From Eledone cirrhosa (lineage: Eukaryota), in assembly GCA_964016885.1 (NCBI GenBank), contig OZ024762.1, positions 16,306,001 through 16,370,000 on the forward strand: DNA of 64,000 bases, read 5' to 3'. Shown here one piece after another: positions 28,270 to 40,106 of this stretch. The position numbers and the translations under genes are program-made. The first letter of the stretch is position 1, and each line of letters starts with the position of its first letter. The notes below the pieces were generated by a model. That model ran no database searches, had not been told where the DNA came from, and worked only from the letters and a program-made list of their open reading frames with translations.

Positions 28270-31200
28270 CATCATCATTCATCATTTCATTTTACGTCCG
28301 CTTTTTCCCTGCTTGCAAAAGTGAGACGGGAACTGATTCTGGCTTGATTTCTACAGCTGGATGCCCTTCCTAACACCAACCTCATTTACAGTGAGTGCTG
28401 GGTGCTTTTTTGCCGTGGCACCTCCACGACCACTTTGCAGTGGAATGATAGGGACCCCAGTCCTATCATCTCATTTCTACAGCTGAATAAACTGGAGTAA
28501 TGTGAAATAAAGTGTCTTGCTCAAGGAAACATCACATCATGATATATATATAAAAGGTAAAGTGTGTATGTATATATATATATATACACACACATATATT
28601 TCATCATTATCATCGTTTAACGTCTATCTTCCACACTAGCATGGGTTTAGAATTTATATATGTATTATCTTATTCGGTAGAGGTCCTATAATAAATATAT
28701 ATATATATATATATGTAAAAGGTAAACAGACAGAAATAACAACACAATCGGTACAGTATATGGCAGGGATATATTAGGTTAACGCTTGAAATAGCAGGAA
28801 GAGGGTCTTAACGTTTCGGACGCTAGTCCTTCATCAGAAGAAAGAATGAGAAATAAGATAGATTGAGGGAGATGGGCGGGTTGGAATTGAAAAAAATGTC
28901 TTTAGATAAAAATAACAGGTAGATTCATGTTGCCATCTCTTGACATGGCCTTGTATGTATGTATGTGTATGTATGTATGTATGTATTTGTGTATGTATGT
29001 ATGTATGTATTTGTGTGTGTATGTATGTATGTGTATGTATTTATGTATGTGTATGTATTTATGTATGTGTATGTATGTATGTGTATGTATTTATGTATGT
29101 GTATGTATTTATGTATGTGTATGTATATGTATTTGTGTATGTATGTGTATGTATTTATGTATGTATATGTATTTGTGTATGTATGTGTATGTATTTATGT
29201 ATGTGTATGTATGTATGTGTATGCATTTATGTATGTGTATGTATGTATGTGTATGTATTTATGTATGTGTATGTATTTATGTATGTATGTGTATGTATTT
29301 ATGTATATGTATTTATGTATGTGTATTTATGTATGTGTATTTATGTATGTGTATTTATGTATGTGTATTTATGTATGTGTATGTATGTATGTGTATGTAT
29401 GTATGTATGTGTATGTGTATGTATGTGTATGTATTTGTGTATGTATGTATGTATATGTATGTATGTGTATGTATGTCTGTATGTGTATGTATTTATGTAT
29501 GTGTATGTATGTGTATGTATTTATGTATGTGTATTTATGTATGTGTATGTATGTATGTATGTATGTGTATGTATTTATGTGTATGTATGTATGTATGTAT
29601 GTATTACTTATTTTCTCTATTTTTTTTCTCTTCCAGTCAGGATATCAGACATGGTCGGCCCATCGTTATATTTTAGCGTTCAACTCGAAATATTTTCGGG
29701 ATTTAATTATTACTGATTCTCCGCCACAGATGGAAGATGGCGTCCAACTGATTTCCATTCCTCACATCCATCCCGACCTCGTTAGGCAGCTGTTACAGTA
29801 TGTATACTCCTACCACTGTGACTTATTAACAATCGGCAAACAGTTTGTTTGGAGCACCCCTCCTCACACCCACCCCAACCAGTGGCTTCTCTCTAAAGAC
29901 AACCCCTCAGAATCTACTGTGTCCACAGATCCTATCTCCCTCCTGTCACAGTTGGCCCAAAAATTTGCACTAAATGACCTCGCAGAAAGGTTGGACTGTG
30001 TTTGTCTCCGCAAGGATAAGGTCCAGTTGAAGACAAAGAGAAGAAAGGTGGAATTGACTGAACCGAAATTTGATCGAGCAGCCCTGTAAGTATTTTATCA
30101 TCATCATCACCATCATCATCAGCACTGTAAGTATTTTATCATCATCATCACTAGCACTGTATTTTATCATCATCACCATCATCATCATCAGCACTGTAAG
30201 TATTTTATCATCATCATCATCATCATCATCAGCACTGTATTTTATCATCACCATCATCATCATCATCATCTTCATATCATCATCATCATCATTGTCATAT
30301 CATCACCTTCATCATCATATCATCATTTAACATCCGTTTTTCCACGCTAGCATGGGTCAGACAAGTTGTCCTACTGTGAGACAAGTCAGATAAGATAACA
30401 GTGCCTTGCTCATACAGAACTGGTTCTGGCTTGGTTCCTACAGCTGGATGTCCTTCCCAACGCCAACCACTTTACAGGGTGGACTGGGTGCTTTTTGTTG
30501 TGACACCTACATGACCACATTACAGTGTGGACTGGGTGCTTTTTGACATGACACCTACATGACAACATTACAGAGTGAACTGGGTGCTTTTTACTATGAC
30601 ACCTACATGACAACATTACAGGGTGAACTGGGTGGTTTTAGTCATGACTCCTACATGACCACTTTACAGGGTGGACTGGGTGGTTTTTGTTGTGACACCT
30701 ACACGACCACTTTACCGGTTGGACTGTGTGCTTTTTGACACTACACCTACATGACCACATTACAGGGTGGACTGGGCGCTTTTTAACACGACACCTACAT
30801 GACCCCATTACAGGGTGGACTGGGTGCTTTTTGACACGACACCTACATGACCACATTACAGGGTGGACTGGGTGCTTTTTGACACGACACCTACATGACC
30901 ACATTACAGGGTGGACTGGGTGCTTTTTGACACAACACCTACATGACCACATTACAGGGTGGACTGGGTGCTTTTTGTCTTGACACACACATACATACTC
31001 TCTTGCTTTCTCCCACACTCTCATCCATACTCTCTTGCTTTCTCCCACACTCTCATCCATACTCTCTTGCTTTCTCCCACACTCTCATCCTCTCTCTCGC
31101 TTTCTCCCACACTCTCATCCTCTCTCTCTCTCTCTCTTTGGTCAGGCCATTTCTAACAGACATAACCATCAAATCCAGTGAGAAAGGAGAGAAGCAGTTT

Positions 31201-31411
31201 AAGTGCCATAAATGTATTCTTGTTGCCCGATCAGAATATTTCAACAGTATGCTCTCCTGTGGTTGGAGAGAGGTGAGTCAGAATATTTCAACAGAGTACC
31301 AGTCTCGTACTGGGGTCAATTCTTCCTCTATATCTCACTCTCTTTATGTTAGTGTGTGTGTGTGTGTGTGTGAGTGAGATAGAGAGAGTATATATGTGTG
31401 TGGGTGTGAGA

Positions 31412-31443
<32 letters not shown>

Positions 31444-34400
31444 ATGTGTGAGTGTGTGAAAGAGAGACTGTGTGTGAGAGAGTGTATGTGAGAGACTGAG
31501 TGTGTGTGTGAGAGAGAGAGACTGTGTGTGTGTGAGAGACTGTGTGTGTGTGTGAGAGTGTGCAAGTGTGTATACACATACAGACATGTTTAAAGTAACT
31601 TATACAACAATCAGCAATGGATGACAGCCTCCTCATCTCATTATTTCCTCCATTTCTAGACATCTACAAGTACTTTATCTTTGCCATTTCCTGCCGAAGC
31701 TTTGGGTATTTTTCTACACTACCTCTACACTAACGATGTACCCACCATGACAGGTAAGTTAACCACCTTCTAATTATTACTCCTCTTTGCACTGGTTGCC
31801 GTCGAGACCTCAGGTGTCCTGGAACCCCGTACTGCCGAGCTCCTCCGTATAATCAGAACATCAGCTGGCCATCAGAGGAAGGAGCCCCACGAGGTGGGGT
31901 GGCTGTTGCAGCAGATGTCACTGGTCATTGTCTGCAGGGAACAGCCAAAACACAGCTCTGACCTTGGCACAGAATCTGTCACCTTCTCCACTTCCCCTAT
32001 CTCTATACTGTTACCTAATAGTCCTTGCTCTTTCCCTTCCTTTCTTCACATTTATGGCATTTATAGTCCTTTCCTCTACAGCCAGATCTTCCCTTCTTTA
32101 ACCCTTTCACCCCTTTTTTCATTACTTAATTTTGGTTTTAGATTTTATTGATATTTCCACCATGGTATAACTTCTGTTGAATATAGTTAACATATGTTTA
32201 TATATAACAGATAACAAAATATTTCCACCATGGTATAACTTCTGTTAAATATAGCTGACATAATATATTTATATATAACAGATAACAAAATATTTCTATC
32301 ATTGTATAACTTCTGTAAAATATAGCTGACATAATATATTTATATATAACAGATAACAAAATATTTCCACCATGGTATAACTTCTGTTAAATATAGCTGA
32401 CATAATATATTTATATATAACAGATAACAAGATATTTCCACCATGGTATAACTTCTGTTAAATATAGCTGACATAATATATTTATATATAACAGATAACA
32501 AGATATTTCCACCATGGTATAACTTCTGTTAAATATAGTTAACATATGTTTATATATAACAGATAACAAAATATTTCCACCATGGTATAACTTCTGTTAA
32601 ATATAGCTGACATAATATATTTATATATAACAGATAACAAAATGTTTCTATCATTGTATAACTTCTGTAAACTATAGTTGACATAATATATTTATATATA
32701 ACAGCTAACAAAATATTTCTATCATTGTATAACTTCTGTTAAATATAGCTGACATAATATATTTATATATAACAGATAACAAAATATTTCTATCATTGTA
32801 TAACTTCTGTAAAATATAGCTGACATAATGTATTTATATATAACAGATAACAAAAGAAATGACTGATTAATGATATATATGTTGTAAAATGTTAATAACT
32901 TATCTTTGATGTCTGACTTTATATTCAAGATTGTAACTTATTGTGTGATATACTTGCAATGGCTGACCACACTTTGGTGTTTGATCTGAAACAACGCTGT
33001 GAATACCAAATTATTGAAATAAGTGAGTGTTCGCTTAACCCTTTAACATTTCCATTACTCTATATATACTATTGTATTTTCACAGTAAAGGTTTTATCTC
33101 ACATAATATCTCACATAACATTTACATTACTCTATATATACTATTGTATTTTCATAGTAAAGACTTTACCTCACATAATATCTCTCATAACATTTGCATT
33201 ACTCTATATATACTATTGTATTTTCACAGTAAAGGTTTTATCTCACATAACATTTACATTACTCTATATATACTATTGTATTTTCACAGTAAAGGCTTTA
33301 CCTCACATAATATCAAATTTATGAGATTTTAATATTATTTATTTTGAGAACAATACCTTAACGTCGGTATGTATGGTCAGTTACAGCTGGTTTGAACAAA
33401 AAGAGGTGAGAGAATTCTGGCCAGATACGGCTGGTTTAAATTCTAAAGGGTTAAACCTTTTAATCTGTGCTAATAATAAATATTTACTACACACACACAC
33501 ACACACACATATTAGTTACAATCATGGAGGCACATAGCTTAGTGGTTAGAGCATTGGCCTTGCAATCGAAAGGTTGTGAGTTCAATTCTCAGACCGGGTG
33601 ATGTGTTGTTTCCTTGAGCAAGACACTTTATTTCATATTGCTCCACTTTACTCAGCTGTAGAAATGAGATGATAGGGACTGGAGTCCATATCATTCCACT
33701 GCAAAGTGGTCATGGAGGTGCCACGGCAAAAAAGCACCCACCACTCACTGTAAATGAGGTTGGTGTTAGGAAGGGCATCCAGCTGTAGAAATCAAGCCAG
33801 AATCAGTTCTCGCTCCACCCTTGCAAGCAGGGAAAAGCGGACGTAAAATGATGATGATGATGATATATATTAGTTACAATGTGTTGATAAACCAATATTA
33901 AAGGCTCAATACATTTAATCACTAACAATTGTTTCCTCCCACCATAATATACCAATTTGCTATTAGCTAGCAGTAACCATAGGAATCATTCTAATGGTTT
34001 GTGCTAATTCGAGACCTGAGACTACAGCCATCCAAATAGTACTTTTTTTTTTTTTTTTTTTTTTTTCCCCCCCATCTGGGAGTGAAAGGCCTTCAGTTAT
34101 TGTCACAACACCTTTCTAGGAGAGGGAAACTCTGAAAAAGAACCCTGCAACATCTGATGATGTTGACCAGTTCTCCTTTTCGGGTAGTGTTGTTTTTGAT
34201 GCTCAGACAGTGGGATTAGTGGAGTGCAAGGCCTTTCCCCATTTAAAAACCCATCAAAGCACAGGCATTGCTTGTTCAGGATCTGTTACAGGTTCGTGTG
34301 GCTGGCCATAGCCTAAAAGTGCACCAAACTCTATAATCTGACAAGCGATTGCAACACTCTTAGCAGAGTTTGCAGCCATCACATCTGTGTGTATGTATGT

Positions 34401-37400
34401 ATGTATGTATGTATGTATGTACACCATGTTGCCTCAACAGACTGTGAGTACCAAATCTATCTTTGTCATTTATTAGTCAACATAAAGACCATTAGCGAAC
34501 TGTTGGAATTTGCTTCCATCTACCGCGCTGAGAGTCTTCTAGAGACCTGTCTTCGGGGGATTTGTGATAATATCACCTTCTTTCTTGAATTAAGGTAAGT
34601 CATCATCATCTTCATCATTGTCAACATCACCTTTGTCATCGTCACCGTTGTCATCGTCATCGTCACCATCATCATCATCATCATCTATATATTTTATGTC
34701 CTTCATCATCATCATTGTCAACATCACCGCTGTTATCGTCTTCATCATCATCTTCATTGCCATCATCATCATTGTCAACATCATCATCATCATCATCATT
34801 GTCAACATCACCGCTGTCATCGTCATCATCATCTTCATTGTCAACATCATCATCTATATATTTTATGTCCTTCATCATCATCAACATCACCGCTGTCATT
34901 GTCTTCATCATCATCATCATCAACATGCACTTTATTGTTTATTATCCTTTGTTATGTGTGTGACCAACACTGATCCCCCTCCCTCCCCAGTCTGTGACAC
35001 ACCTCCCTCCCCAGTCGGTGACCCCCCCCCCCCCCCAGTCAGTGACATACCTCCCTCCCTCCCCAGTATGTGACCCCCCTCCCCAGTCTGTGACACCCTC
35101 CCCAGTCAGTGTCACACCCTCCCTCCCCAGTCTGTGGACAGTTTGTCTGACATGACCCCAGACCTCCGTCCTTGGCACTAAAAGGTAAGGGGTCGCTGCT
35201 CTATTCTCTATATTTTCCACCTCTCTATAGATTGCTTGATTCAGTAACTGAAGAAACGATGAGTGAAATAACGAGATATTATAAGACAAATGTAAGTATT
35301 CCAGCAAACCTGTCCCCTTTCATTTCAATCATCATCATCGTTTTAATGTCCTCTGTCCCTGAAAGGGTTGGATAGGTCTATATAGAACAAGTCAGCACTG
35401 AAGCAGGGCTAGTCACCTCCCAGACAAGCCATGTATATAGTGTATATATACAGCATATATATAGAGTATATACAGCATATATATATAGTGTATATATATA
35501 TATATATAGTATATATACAGCATATATATAGTATATATAGTTTATATACAACATATATATAGTGTATATACAACATATATCTAGTGTATATACATATATA
35601 CAACATATATATAGTGTATATACAACATATATCTAGTGTATATACATATATATATAGTGTATATACACAGCATATATATATAGCATATACAACATATATA
35701 TAGTATATACAACATATATATAGTATATACAACATATATATAGTATATACAACATATATATAGTATATACAGCATATATATAGTATATATACAGCATATA
35801 TATAGTATATATATATAGCATATATATAGTATATATATAGCATATATATATAGCATATATATAGCATATATATAGCATATATATAGTATATATATAGCAT
35901 ATATATAGCATATATATATAGCATATATATAGCATATATATAGCATATATATAGCATATATATAGCATATATATAGCATATATATAGCATATATATAGCA
36001 TATATATAGTATATATATAGCATATATATAGCATATATATAGTATATATATAGTATATATATAGTATATATATAGCATATATATAGTATATATATAGTAT
36101 ATATATAGCATATATATAGTATATATATAGCATATATACAGCATATATATAGTATATATACAGCATATATATAATGTATACAGCATATATATAATGTATA
36201 CAGCATATATATAATGTATACAGCATATATATAGTATGTATATAGTATATATACAGCATATATATAGTGTATACAGCATATATATAGTGTATACAGCATA
36301 TATCTAGTGTATACAGTATATATATACAGCATATATATAGTATATATACAGCATATATATAGTGTATACAGCATATATATCAACAACATAGCACTTGATG
36401 ACCGATATATTCGTTTTTCTTGTGAGTGTGGGAGAGGGGGGGGGGTCCTTATTACCGTATTTTTATTGTTTCTTTCTTTCTTTTACAGTTGAAAGGTGCG
36501 GAACGTCGAATAATTACGCCCTCTAGTGACGGACCCGACAGACATTACCTCGAACAGCTTGTCAAACTCTCTAACAGTAGTAGTAGTAGTAGTTTTAGTG
36601 TTAGTAGTAGTAGTAGTAGTAGCAGCAAACACATCAACCAGAAACTTTCAAGCACTCCTGTGATTAAGAACAAAACCGGAAAACGTCGAGGTCGACATAA
36701 AAGCTCTTCTTTCAGTGAACCCAAAACCCCCGAGCAACCTGTTGTTCACAATGGCCCTCAGCTGAATAATAGTCTTACCAATAATAATAATAATAAAAAC
36801 AATAATAATAATAATGATGATGATAAAAACAATACAAATAACAACAATAAGAATCATTCGGAACAAATGAAAAATGAGGTAATTTCTTTCAATGTTACTA
36901 TCGTTTATTTAAATGTATATTGTGTAGGTGTCACGACAAAAAGTACCCAGCACACACTGTAAATGTGGTTGGCATTAGGAAGGGCATCCAGCCGTTGAAA
37001 ACCTGCCAGATACTCTCCTATATGAGCGAGACACGGTCACCCAACCCAACTTGCCTCTAATCGGAACAAACCCGTCTAACCCATGCTAACGTGGAAGATA
37101 GACGTTAATCGATGATGATGATGACCCCTTTTTGTGAAGGTGGGTGACTTAGTGGTTAGACAATATATTAACCCCTTTTTCGTGAAGGTGGGGCTACTGA
37201 CCTCCCAGACAGGCCGAGGGGTTGTTGTGTTTTTTAACACAAACTGAAGGGTCCTCCTGACCCCTGTAGATGGGATATTTATGTTTTGTCCTGAACTGGT
37301 TCTATGAATAAGATCCCCTCTAAAGACCCCCCTCATGTTTTCATGTCATTGTTTTTTTTCTATTTACAGGCTGGTGCTATAAACCAAACTAATACAGAGT

Positions 37401-40012
37401 CTCTAAGGTGTCAGAAGCCAGTAGCACGTGACAAAGACAATCCATGGGTTCACATTCTTTCACCAATAAAAGTTCCTGAAAAGACCCATACAGGTCCTAA
37501 ACGAGCTCCTCTACCCCTACCACCGAATGTGGTAAGCCTAACCAATATTATGGCTGAACAACAGAATCAGTTACAGCCAAAAAAGTAATTTTAGTCTTTT
37601 ACATTGCATGACATCATTTTACTTAGCAAAATTGTGTTAAAACATTTTAAATATTTTCCTCTGTGGACCTAATTTAGAATAGGTACACTGTATCCCAGTG
37701 TATACCTGGTTTACAATAGGTACACTGTATCCCAGTGTATACCTGGTTTACAATAGGTACACTGTATCCCAGTGTGTACCTGGTTTACATTAGGTACACT
37801 ATATCCCTGTGTATCTAGTTTAGAATAGGTACACTATACCCCTGTGTATACCTGGTTTACAACAGGTACACTGTATCCCTGTATGGACCTGGTTTACAAT
37901 AGGTACACTATATAGGTGTGAGCTGTCACACTCACACATATATATATATATGAAGTATTTCCGTAGGAAAGGTAAAGGAAAGGAGAGTGCTCTATGTATG
38001 CTACAGAGCTATGTAATTATGTAATAAACAACATAAGATAATTATTCCATTTACCAAAGGTTTCACGAAGCCAGACAAGCTCAACAGAGACGTCAGAAAT
38101 CGCTCATCAGAATGAAAATTTAATCTTCATTCTGATGAGCGATTTCTGACGTTTCTGTTGAGTTTGTCTGGCTTCGTGAAACCTTTGGTAAATGGAATAA
38201 TTGTCTTATGTTGTTTATTACATAATTATATATATATATCACCATCATAATCAACAATTTTCAATTTTATATTCCTTTTTCCACACTTGCACGAGTGAGG
38301 ATTGTGTAAATCTTTGTTAATGATTTCTCTTTATATTTTTTATTGTTTAGGGAGATAAAGGGTCGATGCCAAATCTTGAAAGCAGCAAAGTCTGGAAGCC
38401 ATGATACTAGTAAAAATACTTTCAGGTAGGAAATACTGATTTCCGTGCCATTGTACTGTGTGTTAATGCATTCACCCAAAAAGTAGAACTTGTCTACATC
38501 ATTGGATGTAAACAAAGTCGCAGGTTTTATATCAGAGTGACCTTCTCCTAGAGAGATGTCTTAATGAAGACTAGGGCTCTCTAGCTCCACAACAACAAAA
38601 AACATACATTATATATATATATGTACACATATACACACTGTAAATGTGGATAGCATTAGGAAGGGCATCCAGCCATAGTATCCAAGCCAAAATCAGCCCC
38701 ATGTGAGCAAAACACGGCCCTCTGACTAGACCTCTCACAAAGGGACAACCCGTCCTACCCATGCTAGCATGAAATATGGACGTTAAACGATGATACATGC
38801 ATGCATGTATGTATATATCATAACTTATCATTTTACAATTTCTTTCATTCCTAAATTGTTATCTATCTTATTGTAGCTGGGGCTTAACAACCTGTAGAAA
38901 ACAGAAACTTTCGGAAGGGTCTAACACAACAGAAGCTACATCACCCACCAGCCCTCCACCTCCACCAGTAAGTCCCTGGCAGAAGAAAACAGATCAAGCC
39001 AATTCCGAAGCCCACTTTCAGTGTAACAACCTGGCTGACATTGTGAAAGACGAGCTGGCGAAATCACAGAAACTTTTCAGAACTCAGAAAAAGTCCCTCC
39101 ATTACATTCAGGTAAATCTTTCCCTTCTCACCTTCACTCGTGCGACAAATTGGTCAGAGACATTAGACCGTCAGATAGAATGGTTTGTGGTTGTAACACT
39201 TTGTATCTCGGCTCTGTAAAACACTTGAAAATTTGCATTGAGACTTTTGTCACACTGGTAACTGACTAGTACTTAGTACTACCCTCCATATTTATAGTTG
39301 TATTAAATATATAAATATAAATATTCTTATTACTATATATATATATTCTAAGGCGGGTAAAATTCCCGAGATCCATGGACGAGTTCTCTCCAGCGGTCTC
39401 TGTCCCTCATCATCGCTGCCATGTCCTGCGTCTCCAACAGACCAGTGTCTGTCCTTAGGGCATCAACATACGTTAACCTTGGTCTTCCTCTTCTAGTGTG
39501 TCCATGTAGGGGCTCCCAAAGGAGCACTGAGTGCAATGTCAACTCTGGATGTCGGTGAACATGCCCAGCTAACCTCAGTCTCCTCTGTGTCACTTTTGAG
39601 CTGACTTTTGGGATGCTCCCATACAGCTCTGAGTTTTTCATCCTCAGTGTATACTGATTAATGTAGTGGAGTCTGTGCTGCTGTATAGGTCTGAGACTTG
39701 GACACTGACCAAGAAACTCACTCAGAGGTGGATGGGTGCTACACGAGAATGCTGAGGATATATATATATATATAAGTAGAAGTTGTATTTAATTTGTTGG
39801 AAGTCCGACAAACATAAATGTTTATAACTGATTTAGAGAATTCACTATCCAGTGAATTTCCAACCGATATGGTATGATTTACATGTATGTCTCTATTTAT
39901 AAAACAAACTTTGTATTTTATCTGATGAAAGTGTACCAATGTTGTCTTGGTTGCCCTTGAAATATATATAATAAAATAAATAAATATGGTTTTCATTTAT
40001 TTAATATCATTG

Positions 40013-40106
<94 letters not shown>

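Noticed and set aside
34154-34200. CTGATGA as a possible hammerhead or C/D snoRNA box
   Set aside because: No downstream GAAA with stems, and no convincing terminal stem with a D box.
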